Notes under the pieces: model-generated
Told to the model about the DNA's origin: nothing
Database searches by the model: none
Seen by the model: the letters and a program-made list of their open reading frames with translations, nothing else
Origin: an uncultured delta proteobacterium
GTDB lineage: Bacteria; Myxococcota_A; Polyangia; Polyangiales; Polyangiaceae
Direction of reading: 5' to 3'
Length of the DNA: 64,000 bases
NCBI GenBank assembly: GCA_963782055.1
Contig: CAWAIF010000002.1
Location: forward strand, 416,001-480,000
Position numbers and translations under genes: made by a program
Part shown: positions 1 to 10,721 of the stretch, in pieces
Position numbering within the stretch: the stretch's first letter is position 1
Layout of the letters: each line of letters starts with the position of its first letter

Positions 1-727
1 TGACGTAGGCAGCGGCCGGAGAGACGAGGTAGGTCACCGCCTCGCACACCTCGAAGATGGATCCCCAGCGCTGCAGGGGCACCCGCTTCTTCAGGTCGCT
101 CTCGGCGCCAGGCGGCGAGAGGCGCGCCATCCCCTCGGTGCCCTCGATGGGGCCGGGCGCGACCGCGTTGACGCGCACACCGAAGCGGCCCCACTCGAGG
201 GCGAGGTCGCGCGTGAGCTTCTCGATGCCGGCCTTGGCGGCGCCGGCGTGCGCCTGCAGCGGGGTGGGGACCTCCGCTTGCGTCGCGGTGATGTTGACGA
301 TGCACCCGCGCGAGCCGGACAGATGGGCGAAGGCGGCGCGCGAGGCGTTGAAGGTGCCGCACAGGTCGATCTCGATGACCGACCGGAAGCCGTTGGCGCT
401 GAGCGAGGCCGCCGGCGAGAGGAAGTTGCCCGCGGCGCTGTTGACGAGCACGTCCAGGCTGCCGTGGGCGGCCGCCGCGTCATCGATGGCCTTCTGCAGG
501 GCGTCGAAATCGCGCACGTCCGCGGGGTGGGTGCTCGCCGTGCCGCCGGCCGCGCGGATCTCCGCCGCGACGGCGTCGAGCTTCTCGGCGCGCCGGCCGA
601 GGAGCGCGACCCTGGCGCCCTGCTCGGCGAGCCGCCCGGCGATGCCGGCGCCGATACCGCTGCCCCCGCCGGTGACGAAGGCGACCTTGCCCCGCAAAAG
701 ACCCGTGACGAAGACGCTCGAGCTCAT
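1..727 (-). CDS. SDR oxidoreductase, 2,4-dienoyl-CoA reductase-like (3' end runs off the window)
   Basis: Manual translation from ATG at 727 gives MSSSVFVTGLLRGKVAFVTGGGSGIG...VLVNSAAGNF...HAGAAKAG...RVNAVAPGPI. It has the TGxxxGIG Rossmann motif and is absent from the ORF track because it is truncated. Confidence 0.9.
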   Translation of the reverse strand, partial: MSSSVFVTGLLRGKVAFVTGGGSGIGAGIAGRLAEQGARVALLGRRAEKLDAVAAEIRAAGGTASTHPADVRDFDALQKAIDDAAAAHGSLDVLVNSAAGNFLSPAASLSANGFRSVIEIDLCGTFNASRAAFAHLSGSRGCIVNITATQAEVPTPLQAHAGAAKAGIEKLTRDLALEWGRFGVRVNAVAPGPIEGTEGMARLSPPGAESDLKKRVPLQRWGSIFEVCEAVTYLVSPAAAYV

Positions 728-805
728 GCCCGTGGACCTAACGCGCCTTGGTCGACGAGGAAAGCGCGAACCCTTCCGCGGCCCGGATGGGTCTAACCTC
801 GGACC

Positions 806-1300
806 ATGCTTGCCCGCACCATCCTGGCCCTCTTCTTCGCCGCCCTCGCCGTCTGCAACGTCACCGGCTGCGATCACCACGCCGGAAAGGACGAGGTGGC
901 GTCGGGTGGGGGGTCGGACGGGCCGCCGGTGCCGTGGACGTCGTCCGACGTGGTGGAGCCGGCGGACCTCGCGAAGGAGATCGGTGGCGCCAGCGGGCCC
1001 ATCGTCATCCACGTCGGGCCGGAGGTGCTCTTCCACCGCGAGCACGTTCCGGGCGCGACGCACGCCGGCGAGGCCAGCACCGACGAGGGGCTCGCCAAGC
1101 TGGAGGCGGTCGCCAGGACGTTGCCGAAGGACCGCGACGTGGTCGTCTACTGCGGCTGCTGTCCGCGCAGCGACTGCCCCAACATCCGGCCGGCCTACAA
1201 GAAGCTCAAGGAGCTCGGCCTGCGTGTGAAGGTGCTGGACCTGCCGACCAACTTCCGGACCGACTGGACGAAGAAGGGCCTGCCCGTCGACAAGGGGTGA
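806..1300 (+). CDS. Rhodanese-like domain lipoprotein
   Basis: Signal peptide with lipobox (VTGC); HVPGA and VVVYCGCCP rhodanese-like motifs. Confidence 0.8.
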   Translation: MLARTILALFFAALAVCNVTGCDHHAGKDEVASGGGSDGPPVPWTSSDVVEPADLAKEIGGASGPIVIHVGPEVLFHREHVPGATHAGEASTDEGLAKLEAVARTLPKDRDVVVYCGCCPRSDCPNIRPAYKKLKELGLRVKVLDLPTNFRTDWTKKGLPVDKG

Positions 1301-1322
1301 GCCAGAGCCCGCGGCGGCGGCC

Positions 1323-1344
1323 GATCGTTCGCCGGCAAGCGATC
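1323..1344. repeat. Copy of dispersed 22 bp palindrome (GATCGTTCGCCGGCAAGCGATC)
   Basis: Lies between convergent genes inside a larger GAGCCCG...CGGGCTC hairpin. Other copies start at 1985, 2089, 6358, 9271, 9341, 9412, 11379, 13816, 17636, 19062, 20715 and 20829. Confidence 0.75.
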
Positions 1345-1397
1345 GCCGGGCTCAGGCGGAGCGCGCTGGAGGGCGGCGTCCACCGCGGCGCCCGGAG

Positions 1398-1844
1398 TCA
1401 GGGCGACGACGACGGCGCCTCGCGCACGCGGAACACCTTCCGCCAGAGGGGATAGCTCCAGCCCAGGAAGACCAGGTGCGTGGTGGCGAGCCGGACGGCC
1501 CAGTAGGCGCCGGCGGTCTGCGGGAAGGTGCGCAGCACGAAGTCGTAGAGCATCGCGTTGAGCGCCAGCGCCACGAGCTCGACGGCGAGGTACCCGACCG
1601 CCTGATGGGTCAGGGAGCCCCCGCGCGCGCGGAAGGCGAAGTGGCGGTTTCCCAGAAAGTTCGCGACGCCCCCCGCGACCAGCGCGGGGAAGCTCGCGAG
1701 GCGCGCGTCCATGTGCAGCAGCGAGACGCATGCCGCGAGGACGCCCACATCGACCGCCGTGGCGACGATTCCGGCGGCGCCCGCGCGGAGCGCCTGGAGA
1801 GCTTCGCGTGACCACGAGCGGACCATGTGCACCTTGGTCTGCAA
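1398..1844 (-). CDS. GtrA family membrane protein
   Basis: Four hydrophobic segments; AGIVATAVD and NFLGNRHFAF are GtrA-like motifs. Confidence 0.8.
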   Translation of the reverse strand: MQTKVHMVRSWSREALQALRAGAAGIVATAVDVGVLAACVSLLHMDARLASFPALVAGGVANFLGNRHFAFRARGGSLTHQAVGYLAVELVALALNAMLYDFVLRTFPQTAGAYWAVRLATTHLVFLGWSYPLWRKVFRVREAPSSSP

Positions 1845-1984
1845 CCTGGAGACCAGCCCGGACCTTCCCGTATCGACGTGCCGATGCGGCGACTTCCCGG
1901 CGAGATGCCCGCGAAACCCGCTGCGCGCGTCCGCGCACGGTACACACCCCAGGCCAGCTGGCCCGTCCAGCCGGTCTGGTTCCC

Positions 1985-2110
1985 GATCGTTGGCAGGCGT
2001 ACGCTCCCGACGCTCCTGCCCGCACCCGAAAGAGCCACCCCCGCCGCCCGGCGGCCATGGGCCCGGCGCTCACCCCGGCGGAGCGCGTGATCGATGGCCG
2101 GCTAACGATC
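1985..2110. repeat. Inverted pair of 22 bp palindrome copies (REPIN-like)
   Basis: GATCGTTGGCAGGCGTACGCTC (1985-2006) and GATCGATGGCCGGCTAACGATC (2089-2110), both intergenic. Confidence 0.6.
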
Positions 2111-2124
2111 GACCGCCGCCGGCC

Positions 2125-2421
2125 TCAATGCGGGGGCTTCCCCGCCCGCTCGTCCTGCTCCGCGACCTCCGCCAGGCCCGCGAGCGCTGCCAGCGGCAAC
2201 GGGTGGAAGGGGGGCCGCGGCGTGAAGGGCAGCGCGGCCTTGCCGCCCCGCTCGGCCAGCAGGCGCGCGCAGAGGGCGACGCACGATTTTCCCTGACACC
2301 AGCCCGTCCCGAACCCTGTGTAGCGCTTGAGCGACTCGAGGTCGTCGTGGCCACGGGCGATGGCCTCCTCCAGCTCGTGGAGGGTCACGTCCTCGCAGCG
2401 GCAGACGAGCGCCTTGCTCAC
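2125..2421 (-). CDS. BFD-like (2Fe-2S)-binding protein
   Basis: GTG start overlaps the queD stop (GTGA). VCRCEDVT...[17 protein letters not shown]ys pattern. Confidence 0.8.
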   Translation of the reverse strand: MSKALVCRCEDVTLHELEEAIARGHDDLESLKRYTGFGTGWCQGKSCVALCARLLAERGGKAALPFTPRPPFHPLPLAALAGLAEVAEQDERAGKPPH

Positions 2422-2798
2422 GCGGTCTGCCCCCGGTACTCGCAGCGGGCCTCGCAGGTCTCGAACACGGTGATCTGGTCGAGAGCGGGCAGAGGCACTA
2501 CCAGCCGCTCCCAGAGCCAGCGGGCGAGGATCTCGCTCGTGGGGTTCTCCAGCCCCTCCACGTCGTTCAGGTAGTGGTGATCGAGCACTTCGTGGAGCGG
2601 CTGCCAGGCATCGTAGAGCTCGTTGAAGTCGATGAACCACCCGGTCTCGGGGTTGACCGGCCCCGCCACGGCGATCTCCACCCGGAAGGAGTGGCCATGC
2701 AGCCGCGCGCACTTGTGCCCGGCGGGCACGTGCGGCAGGCGGTGAGCGGCTTCGAAGCGGAATTCGTGGACGAGACGGACGTGCTGCGCGGCGGGCAT
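2418..2798 (-). CDS. queD: 6-carboxytetrahydropterin synthase
   Basis: [24 protein letters not shown] and ENPTSE motifs. Confidence 0.95.
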   Translation of the reverse strand: MPAAQHVRLVHEFRFEAAHRLPHVPAGHKCARLHGHSFRVEIAVAGPVNPETGWFIDFNELYDAWQPLHEVLDHHYLNDVEGLENPTSEILARWLWERLVVPLPALDQITVFETCEARCEYRGQTA

Positions 2799-2866
2799 CG
2801 CGGCGAGATGCTAGCAGAAAGCGCGGTGTCGGGTTCGCCGTGAGGCGGCGGGTGTAGACTCGGCGG

Positions 2867-4465
2867 ATGCGCCTCCTTGCCGCCGTTGCCGCCACCGGGC
2901 TCGCCCTCCTCGCCGTCACCGCCGCCTGCGGCTCGGACGATGTCTCCGGCGCTCCGGACGCAGGCGTGGACGCGCCCGCCGACACGGGCGGCCCCGCCTG
3001 CACGGGGAATCAGACGGACTGCGGTGGGACGTGCGCCGAGCTCTCCACCGACGTGCGCAACTGCGGCTCATGCGGTCACGCGTGCCAGGGGGGCGACCTC
3101 TGCTGCGGTGGCGTCTGCGTGAAGTCGTCGGGGTGCGATTTCGCCGTGACGGGCCTCCAGCCGTATCGAGGCAACCAGAGCGGCGGCGACTACGTGACGC
3201 TCACCGGCGCGGGCTTCACCTCCGACATGGCGGTCTACATCGCCGACGGCCGCGCCCCCGTGCTCGTCAAGAGCCCGACGAGCGCGGTCATCCAGACGCC
3301 GCCCGGGCCGGTGGGCACCGACGACATCACCCTGGTCAGCACCAAGGGAACGTCGGTGAGCCGCGGCGTGTTCCAGTACGTGAGCGCGGGCCTGGTCCTG
3401 CCCTGGCAGAAGAAGCCGATGGCCGAGGTGCGCGGCGAGCACCCGGGTATCGCGGTGCTGCAGGACGGCCGTGTGCTCATCGCGGGCGGCACCACCGACC
3501 CCGACGTCGCCGCGAACGCCCTGAAGTCGGCGGAGCTCTACACGCGGAAGACGGACGTGGTCACCCCGGCGAAGGGCGACATGAGCGTCCCGCGCTGGCG
3601 CGACGCGGCCACCACGCTGCTCGACGGCCGCGCGCTCGTCGTGGGGGGCGCCGTGTGCAACGGCACCGACTGTGAGACGGCCGATGTCTTCGACCCGGCG
3701 ACGGACACCTTCACCGCGTCGAAGAGCCTGATGAGCGAGTCGCGTCAGTTCGTGTGGGCGGTGCTCATGGTGGACGGCCGCGTGATGATCACCTCGGGCG
3801 GCTCGGCCACCGCCGAGATCTACGATCCCGTCGCCGACACCTTCTCCACGGTCCCGCTGAAGGTGACGCACCAGTTCGGCCAGCGCATCGTGCGCCTGCG
3901 CGATGGCCGCGTGATGATCATGGGCGGCGACGGGTGCTCCGGCGCCTGCGGCCCGGCGCAGAAGGACGCCGAGATCTACGACCTGAAGACGGGCCAGTTC
4001 GCCTCCGCCGCACCGATGAACCAGGGGCGCTCGCAGTTCACCGCGCACGTGCTGCCGGATGGCCGCGTCATGGTCTTCGGCGGTTCGAGCAGCTCGGCGG
4101 GCGGCGTCAACGCGCCGATGGACTCCATCGAGGCGTACGACCCCAAGGCGGACACGTGGACGGTGATGCCGTACAAGCTCAGCGTCGGCCGCACGTGGCA
4201 GGCGAGCGCGCTGGTGCGGGACGGCACCATCCTGGTGATGGGCGGGTATACCCAGCAGGGCTCCTGCGCGCCCGCCGACACCGTGGATCAGGTCGACCCG
4301 GTCAAGGGCACGGTGACCCCCTTCGGCACGCTCCCGGACCCCAACACGGAGTGGAACGCCGTCACCCTGCTCGACGGTTCGGTCCTCGGCGTCGGCGGGG
4401 GCGCTTGCGGCGCCAACGCCCTGCCCGACCTGGACTTCCTCCCCGGCCAGCCCCTCCCCAACTGA
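2867..4465 (+). CDS. Lipoprotein with Cys-rich repeat, IPT/TIG and Kelch (galactose-oxidase-like) repeats
   Basis: Lipobox [13 protein letters not shown] repeat; repeated L.DGRVL..GG...AE.YDP Kelch units. Confidence 0.85.
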   Translation: MRLLAAVAATGLALLAVTAACGSDDVSGAPDAGVDAPADTGGPACTGNQTDCGGTCAELSTDVRNCGSCGHACQGGDLCCGGVCVKSSGCDFAVTGLQPYRGNQSGGDYVTLTGAGFTSDMAVYIADGRAPVLVKSPTSAVIQTPPGPVGTDDITLVSTKGTSVSRGVFQYVSAGLVLPWQKKPMAEVRGEHPGIAVLQDGRVLIAGGTTDPDVAANALKSAELYTRKTDVVTPAKGDMSVPRWRDAATTLLDGRALVVGGAVCNGTDCETADVFDPATDTFTASKSLMSESRQFVWAVLMVDGRVMITSGGSATAEIYDPVADTFSTVPLKVTHQFGQRIVRLRDGRVMIMGGDGCSGACGPAQKDAEIYDLKTGQFASAAPMNQGRSQFTAHVLPDGRVMVFGGSSSSAGGVNAPMDSIEAYDPKADTWTVMPYKLSVGRTWQASALVRDGTILVMGGYTQQGSCAPADTVDQVDPVKGTVTPFGTLPDPNTEWNAVTLLDGSVLGVGGGACGANALPDLDFLPGQPLPN

Positions 4466-4526
4466 TCGAGTTGCACAGGAAGCCGCGTTCGGCTATCAGT
4501 TCGCGCCCAGCCTCCGGAGCCCTCCC

Positions 4527-4658
4527 ATGTTCATCATGCTCTCCAAGAAGCCGCGCAAGGCCGACCGCAACCGCAGCTCTCGTTTCCGCGCCAAGTTGAA
4601 GGCGAAGAACGCGCGGCGGCGGCGTCAGCTCCACACCTGGAAGGCGTCCAAGCTCTGA
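4527..4658 (+). CDS. Small highly basic protein (43 aa), not in ORF track
   Basis: MFIMLSKKPRKADRNRSSRFRAKLKAKNARRRRQLHTWKASKL*, with a GGAG RBS at 4516-4519 and G/C-ending codons typical of this genome. Confidence 0.7.
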   Translation: MFIMLSKKPRKADRNRSSRFRAKLKAKNARRRRQLHTWKASKL

Positions 4659-4772
4659 CGAGCCAGCCGGCCTGAGCGGGCCGGCGGTTCCGGTCCGCGT
4701 GACGTCGGCGCGGCGCGCTGCGTCATGCCCACGCCTTGCACGCGCCCCGGCCGTGCGCGATGCTTCGCGTCC

Positions 4773-5615
4773 ATGCGCTCCTTCGTGGCCGTCCTCCTGG
4801 CAGGCACCGTGCTCGCCGCCGCAGCCTCCATGGCGGCGTGTTCTTCCTCGCCCGACACGACCGCGGCGCCCGACGGCGGCGACGACGCGGCGGTGGATGT
4901 CGCGACGGACACGGCTCAGCCTCCCGACGAGCCCGCGGTGACCTACCACGTCGGGGGCACCGTCCTCGACTTCCAGGACGCCGGCTACGCGACCGCGCAG
5001 GTCACCGTGTGCGCCTCGCTCTGCGTCTACGCCACGGTGGACGACGCCGGGGCCTTCACCGCCACGGTGCCCGCGGGCGACGGCTACCACGTCAAGGCGA
5101 CCGGCACGCCGGGTGATGGCCGCACCGCCTCGGCCCTGGAGCAGCCGATCGGGACGCTCGACAAGGACGTGACGCTCGCCGCGCCCCTCTACCTGCCGGA
5201 GACGGGCGCCGGCACGGTGGTCAGCTCGGCGCAGACGGTCGACCTCGGCGACGTCACGCTCGCCGTCGATCCGGCGACGCTCTCCCTGCCCTTTGGCGTC
5301 ACCACCGCGTACGCAGCCGCGATCGCGGTCCCGGCGGACAAGCAGCCGGGGCTCACGCCTGACGGCAAGGTCGCCGGCAAGACGATCCTCGGCATGTGGG
5401 CGCTCAACCCGTACGGCACCACGAGCAGCACGCCGATGGCCGTGACGTTCAAGAACACGTTCGGGCTCTCGCCGTCGGACCCGGTCACCGTCTATACGAT
5501 GGACGACAACAACGCGCAGCTCGTCGACCCCAGCGACGGCACCGTCTCGGGCGACGGGCAGACAATCACCGGCGCCACGGTGAAGCGCATGACATGGATC
5601 GTCCTCGCCCACTAG
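4773..5615 (+). CDS. Hypothetical lipoprotein (carboxypeptidase-regulatory-like beta domains)
   Basis: Signal peptide ending MAAC; beta-rich Thr/Asp sequence; good codon bias. Confidence 0.7.
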   Translation: MRSFVAVLLAGTVLAAAASMAACSSSPDTTAAPDGGDDAAVDVATDTAQPPDEPAVTYHVGGTVLDFQDAGYATAQVTVCASLCVYATVDDAGAFTATVPAGDGYHVKATGTPGDGRTASALEQPIGTLDKDVTLAAPLYLPETGAGTVVSSAQTVDLGDVTLAVDPATLSLPFGVTTAYAAAIAVPADKQPGLTPDGKVAGKTILGMWALNPYGTTSSTPMAVTFKNTFGLSPSDPVTVYTMDDNNAQLVDPSDGTVSGDGQTITGATVKRMTWIVLAH

Positions 5616-5680
5616 CGCGCGGCCGCGGCCGTCAGACACCGCCTGGCCTCGAGCGTCCGGTGGCGGTCTGCTCGGCGCGG

Positions 5681-6420
5681 CTCACTCGATCATCGGTGCG
5701 GGCCACTCGAACGGGTCGCCGGACGCCCGGCGCCGCTCGATGCGCCTGTTCGCCGCGACCCTGTCCACCAGGTCGAGCCAGGTCCACCCCGACTCGTACG
5801 GATCGCCCTCCGCGGCGTGCAGGGTCGCGAAGTCGCCGAAGGTGTTGCGCAGGCGGCTGTGCAGCCGCGACAGCCACCGTCGGGCGCGGCCGCACGCCTT
5901 CGGGTGGGGCCAGTGGTGCGGGTCCGGCGTGAGCGCCGAGTCCGTCGTCAGGTCGATGAGCCCCGTGCGCACCAGGCTGCGGAACGCTCGCGAGACGCGA
6001 CGGCGCCCCTCCGGCGTGAGCTGCACGTCCACCTGCCGCATGTCCTCGAGCGGCGGCAGCCGCTCCACCAGGCCGATGCCCTGGAGCGACGTCACCATCT
6101 TGCTGATGGTCGACCGCGCCACCCCCAGCGCCTTGCGCAGGTCGCTCTGGTAACAGAAGTGGTGCGGCACCCGAAACAGCGCATACAGCAGGTCGAAGCG
6201 CGCCGGGGTGAGCCCGAAGCGAGCGAGAAGCCGGCGCGTCACACGCAGCGTCGCGTAGTAAGCGCGCTTGGTCCCAAAGAAGAGCGGTGTCATGCCTCCA
6301 CTCCTCAGCACCCCCCATGCCAGCCCCCCCTCCCACGCGCTCCCCAGAAAACAGGGCGCTCGTTTGCCGGCGAACAATCCACGGGTGTCCCCGGACAGAA
6401 AAGGGGTGTCCGGGGACAGG
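5681..6420 (-). repeat. ~740 bp MarR cassette, copy 1 (inverted repeat of 13775-14513)
   Basis: Reverse complement aligns with 13775-14513 from CCTGTCCCCGGACAC to one base after the stop codon. Confidence 0.95.
5682..6293 (-). CDS. MarR family winged-helix protein, copy 1 (203 aa)
   Basis: FGLTPARFDLL...QSDLRKALGVARSTISKMVTSLQGIGLVER...DMRQVDVQLTPEG; GGAGG RBS before the ATG. Confidence 0.88.
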   Translation of the reverse strand: MTPLFFGTKRAYYATLRVTRRLLARFGLTPARFDLLYALFRVPHHFCYQSDLRKALGVARSTISKMVTSLQGIGLVERLPPLEDMRQVDVQLTPEGRRRVSRAFRSLVRTGLIDLTTDSALTPDPHHWPHPKACGRARRWLSRLHSRLRNTFGDFATLHAAEGDPYESGWTWLDLVDRVAANRRIERRRASGDPFEWPAPMIE

Positions 6421-6484
6421 TGGACGGGTAGCGCTTCGTCCCCAGGGGGCGGCGAGGGTGAGGGCGGCCGGGAGGCGCGTCCCC

Positions 6485-7075
6485 CTAGCTCTGGCCCTTG
6501 CGCAGCTCCGTCAGCACCAGCTTGGCCACGGCCTTGAGGGTGTCGAACACCCCCACGCCGGTCCGCGCGACCGCCTCGAACTCCGGCTGGTTGGTCGGGT
6601 TGAGCAGACCGCGCAGCTCCTCGACGCTCGCGACGTTGGGCAGGTCGCGCTTGTTGTACTGCATGACGTACGGGAGCTTGTCGAGCGCGTAGCCTTGCTC
6701 GGCGAGGTTGGTGCGCAGGTTCTCCACGCTCTCGATGTTCGCCTCGGTGCGCTCGATCTGCGAGTCGGCCACGAAGATGACGCCGTCGACGCCCTTCAGG
6801 ATGAGCTTGCGGCTGGCGTCGTAGAAGACCTGGCCGGGCACCGTGTAGAGGTGGAAGCGCGTCTTGAAGCCACGGATCTCGCCGAGCGACAGCGGCAGGA
6901 AGTCGAAGAACAGCGTGCGCTCCGTCTCCGTGGCGAGGCTGATCATCTTGCCCTTCGCCTCCGGGTTGGTGCGCTCGTAGATGTACTGGAGGTTGGTCGT
7001 CTTCCCGCAGAGGCCGGGGCCGTAGTAGACCAACTTGCAGTTGATCTCGCGGGCCATGTAGTTGATGAAGCTCAT
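6485..7075 (-). CDS. mglA: Ras-like small GTPase MglA (gliding motility/polarity)
   Basis: [32 protein letters not shown] and NKRD motifs. Confidence 0.97.
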   Translation of the reverse strand: MSFINYMAREINCKLVYYGPGLCGKTTNLQYIYERTNPEAKGKMISLATETERTLFFDFLPLSLGEIRGFKTRFHLYTVPGQVFYDASRKLILKGVDGVIFVADSQIERTEANIESVENLRTNLAEQGYALDKLPYVMQYNKRDLPNVASVEELRGLLNPTNQPEFEAVARTGVGVFDTLKAVAKLVLTELRKGQS

Positions 7076-7091
7076 CGCGCGCCCGCTCCGT

Positions 7092-7574
7092 TCAGTCGTT
7101 GAACAGGTTGTCGATGTCTTCGTCCGTGATTTCGGCGAAGGGTGAGTCCGCCCCCGGTTCCGCTACCTTCTTCAAGAGCGACTCGAAGATGTGGTTCAGC
7201 TCTTCGGTCGCCTTCTTCACGCGCAGCCGGACGAGGCCCAGGCTGGAGCGCGAATCGAAGATGACGACCAGGATGACGCGGTTGCCGACGAGCTGGATGT
7301 GGATGTTGGCCTTCTCGCCCTCGTGGAACTGGGTGGCGAACTCGTTCTCCTTGAGGAGCTTGGCCATGCCGCCGGTGGCGGCGATGTTGCCGGCCGTCAG
7401 GGAGGCCAGGCTCGTCGTGTCCACGTTGTCGATGTCGCCGGCGGCCGCGATGAGCTGCCCGTTCTTGTCGACGATGAAGACGACCTTGGCGTTCGCGTCG
7501 CGAACCAGACGGTCGACGACCGCCTGGATCTGATTGAACTCCTCCTCGTACATCACCATCTGGGGATTGACCAT
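7092..7574 (-). CDS. mglB: MglB roadblock/LC7 GTPase-activating protein
   Basis: [18 protein letters not shown]...[15 protein letters not shown]; directly upstream of mglA. Confidence 0.96.
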   Translation of the reverse strand: MVNPQMVMYEEEFNQIQAVVDRLVRDANAKVVFIVDKNGQLIAAAGDIDNVDTTSLASLTAGNIAATGGMAKLLKENEFATQFHEGEKANIHIQLVGNRVILVVIFDSRSSLGLVRLRVKKATEELNHIFESLLKKVAEPGADSPFAEITDEDIDNLFND

Positions 7575-7755
7575 CCGAAGCCTCCACGCCTGCCGAGGCG
7601 CCGGTCCAGGCGGCCTCGACGGGTCCGGCGCTCGAAGCGAGGCTGGGGACCCTTAGGCAGACTTCGGTTCTATCCGAGCGCCGGCATACAGTCCAGGGGT
7701 ACGCTCCGGCGAGCCCGGCCGTGGCGTCGCGGAAAAGACAGCGGTTTCCAGCCCG

Positions 7756-9138
7756 TCAGCGGGCGAACCCCTCCACCGCGTCGAACAGGACGCGCAGCCC
7801 CCAGTGCAACCCGTCCACCGGCACCCGCTCGTCGTGCCCGTGGTACATCCGCGAGAAGCTCACGTCGTGCGTGGGGTCGAACCGGACGGGCGCGAACCCG
7901 TAGCACTTGGAGCCGAGCCGCGCGTAGGCCTTGGCGTCGGTGAACCCCGGGATGACGAAGGGGATGGGCAGCCCCAGCGGGTCGTGCTCCAGCAGCGTTC
8001 GCGAGAGGTGCGCGAACATGGGGGTCTTCTCGGAGACCTCCACCGGCGGAAGCGATCGCATCACCTCCAGCCGTGCGTCGGGCCCCAGCACCTCCCGCAG
8101 CTCGGCGAGGAAGCTGGCGTCGGTCTGGCCGGGCAAGGTGCGGCCGTCGATCTCCACCGAGGCACGGCCCGGGATCACGTTCACCTTGTTGCCCGCGCGC
8201 AGCACCGTGGGCGTCGCGGTGTTGGAGAGCAGCGCGTTGAAGGTGCGCTTCTGGCCCGGGTCGCGCACCAGGTAGTCGACGATGAGGGCCGCCACCTGGG
8301 GCGTGGTGAGCCGCCGGAGCACGGCGCGCTGCGGGCGCGGCAGCTCCCGCGCCATCGCCCCGACGAACTTGCCGACCGCCTCCGTCGGGTGCTGCGGGAG
8401 CCGCCGCCGGCCGAGCTTCTTCACCGCGGCGGCGAGGCGGAGCACGGCGCTGTCCGGGTTGGGCATGGAGCCGTGGCCCGGCTCACCCTCGTAGGTGGCG
8501 CGCACCCAGCACACGCCCTTCTCCGCGGTCTGGATGGGGTAGAAGGTGCGGCCGAAGAGGACGGTGGAGAAGGCGCCAATCTCCCCTAGCGTGTACTCTG
8601 CACGCACCTCGTCGGGGTGCTGGTCGACGAGGAACATGCTGCCGTGGGTGCAGGCGGCCTCCTCGTCGGCCACGCCCGCGAAGATGACGTCGCGGGAGAG
8701 CTTGCCCTTGCCGACGCGCTCGGCGAGCAGGCGCAGCACGCACGCGCTCATCGCCGCCATGTGCTTCATGTCGATGGCGCCGCGGCCCCACACGTAGCCG
8801 TCGTGGATCTCCCCGGAGAAGGGCGGGTGCCGCCACTTCGACGCGTCCGCCTCCACCACGTCCAGGTGCGCGTTGAGGAGGATGGGGGGCTTCTCGCCCG
8901 TGCCCTTCAGCCGCGCCACCACGCTGCTGCGGCGGTTCCCGGGCTCCAGCAGCTTCGGCTCCAGGCCGCCCTCGCGCAGGAACTCCGCCAGGCGCTCGGC
9001 CGCGGGGCGCTCGTTGCCGTCGCCCTCGTCGTTGGTGCCCCGGTTGACCGTCGGGATGCGGAGCAGGTCCTGCAGCAGCGCGACGCAGCGCTCGCCCTCG
9101 GCCTTCCAGTCGATGCCTGCGCGCGCGGCCGTCGTCAT
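7756..9138 (-). CDS. M20/M25/M40 family metallopeptidase
   Basis: LNAHLDVV, WGRGAIDMK, DEEA, GHGSMP and HGHDER motifs. Start could also be 9156 or 9192. Confidence 0.92.
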   Translation of the reverse strand: MTTAARAGIDWKAEGERCVALLQDLLRIPTVNRGTNDEGDGNERPAAERLAEFLREGGLEPKLLEPGNRRSSVVARLKGTGEKPPILLNAHLDVVEADASKWRHPPFSGEIHDGYVWGRGAIDMKHMAAMSACVLRLLAERVGKGKLSRDVIFAGVADEEAACTHGSMFLVDQHPDEVRAEYTLGEIGAFSTVLFGRTFYPIQTAEKGVCWVRATYEGEPGHGSMPNPDSAVLRLAAAVKKLGRRRLPQHPTEAVGKFVGAMARELPRPQRAVLRRLTTPQVAALIVDYLVRDPGQKRTFNALLSNTATPTVLRAGNKVNVIPGRASVEIDGRTLPGQTDASFLAELREVLGPDARLEVMRSLPPVEVSEKTPMFAHLSRTLLEHDPLGLPIPFVIPGFTDAKAYARLGSKCYGFAPVRFDPTHDVSFSRMYHGHDERVPVDGLHWGLRVLFDAVEGFAR

Positions 9139-9270
9139 CTCGGGCAGGGTCTCCACGCCACCTCTATAGCCTGGTGGGGCCGCCGCGGACATCCCCGGAG
9201 GAGGGCGGTTTGCCGCGGCAAGCCCCCCCAGGCGGGCGGGCCCCCCATCGAGCGTCGCCTCTGCTGCGGT

Positions 9271-9433
9271 GATCGTTCGCCTGCAAACGGTCCTCCGTCA
9301 CCTCCCGGCTGCAGGGCTGTTTCCATCGCCGCTCCGCCTGGATCGTTCGCCCGCCAACGAGCCGGCATGGCTGCCCTTCGCCAGGGCCCCCCCGTCGCTA
9401 CCCCGTACAGCGATCGTTCGCCCGCCAACGCTC
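9271..9433 (+). repeat. Three-copy array of the 22 bp palindrome with 48-49 bp unique spacers
   Basis: GATCGTTCGCCTGCAAACGGTC (9271), GATCGTTCGCCCGCCAACGAGC (9341) and GATCGTTCGCCCGCCAACGCTC (9412); period 70/71 bp. Confidence 0.8.
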
Positions 9434-9515
9434 TGGGGAGGGCGCCTCCGCCCGCAGGCCCCCATCAGGGGAGGGGCCGTCGCCCGCGCCGCACCTTTGG
9501 TCTACAGTTCGCCGC

Positions 9516-10721
9516 ATGTTCGACGCCGCGCAGAAGGTCTATGACGCCACCCTCAACGAGATCCGCGAGGCGGGTCTCTTCAAGGAGGAGCGCATCATCC
9601 TCTCGCCGCAGGGCGCGTCCATCCGCTCCAGCCCCCGCGAGGGCGCCCCGGCGAAGGAGGTCCTCAACTTCTGCGCCAACAACTACCTCGGCCTGTCCTC
9701 GCACCCCGAGGTCATCGCGGCGGCGAAGCACGCCATCGACACCCACGGCTTCGGCCTCTCCAGCGTGCGCTTCATCTGCGGCACGCAGGACATCCACAAG
9801 GAGCTGGAGCACACCATCTCCCGCTTCTTCGCGACCGACGACACCATCCTCTACACGTCCTGCTTCGACGCCAACGGCGGCCTCTTCGAGACCCTGCTCG
9901 GCGAGGAGGACGCCATCATCTCCGACGCCCTCAACCACGCCTCCATCATCGACGGCGTCCGCCTGTGCAAGGCGGAGCGCCACCGCTACGCCAACGGCGA
10001 CATGAACGAGCTGGAGGAGGCCCTCAAGAAGACACAGGGCAAGCGCCTGCGCATGGTGGCGACGGACGGCGTCTTCTCCATGGACGGCTACCTCGCCAAG
10101 CTGGACCAGATCTGCGACCTCGCGGAGAAGCACGGCGCGATGGTGATGGTCGACGACTCCCACGCCACCGGCTTCATCGGCAAGACGGGCCGCGGCACGC
10201 CGGAGCACTGCGGCGTGATGAAGCGCATCGACGTGATGACCGGCACGCTGGGAAAAGCGCTCGGCGGCGGCTCCGGCGGCTACACCACCGGCCGCAAGGC
10301 CGCGATCGGCATGCTCCGCCAGCGCTCGCGCCCCTACCTCTTCTCCAACACCGTGGCGCCCGCCATCGTCGGCGCGAGCCTCAAGGTCTTCGAGCTGCTG
10401 GGCAAGACGACGGAGCTGCGCGATCGCTCCGAGGCCAACACGAAGCGATTCCGCGAGGGCATCACGAAGGCGGGCCTCTCCATCAAGGAGGGCATCCACC
10501 CCATCGTCCCGATCATGCTGGGGGACGCCAAGCTCGCGCAGCAGTTCGCGGCCGACATGCTCGAGGAGGGCATCTTCGTCATCGGCTTCTTCTACCCGGT
10601 CGTGCCGAAGGGGCAGGCGCGCATCCGCGTGCAGATCAGCGCGGCGCACACGCCGGAGCAGATCGACAGGGCGGTGGCCGCCTTCGCCAAGGTGGCGCGC
10701 AAGCTCGGCGTCGTGAAGTAG
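9516..10721 (+). CDS. kbl: Glycine C-acetyltransferase (2-amino-3-ketobutyrate CoA ligase)
   Basis: [38 protein letters not shown] (PLP lysine) and [11 protein letters not shown]. Confidence 0.96.
   Translation: MFDAAQKVYDATLNEIREAGLFKEERIILSPQGASIRSSPREGAPAKEVLNFCANNYLGLSSHPEVIAAAKHAIDTHGFGLSSVRFICGTQDIHKELEHTISRFFATDDTILYTSCFDANGGLFETLLGEEDAIISDALNHASIIDGVRLCKAERHRYANGDMNELEEALKKTQGKRLRMVATDGVFSMDGYLAKLDQICDLAEKHGAMVMVDDSHATGFIGKTGRGTPEHCGVMKRIDVMTGTLGKALGGGSGGYTTGRKAAIGMLRQRSRPYLFSNTVAPAIVGASLKVFELLGKTTELRDRSEANTKRFREGITKAGLSIKEGIHPIVPIMLGDAKLAQQFAADMLEEGIFVIGFFYPVVPKGQARIRVQISAAHTPEQIDRAVAAFAKVARKLGVVK

Noticed and set aside
9271..9433. Bona fide CRISPR array
   Set aside because: Only three divergent 22 bp repeats, no cas genes or leader, and the same motif is dispersed singly elsewhere.
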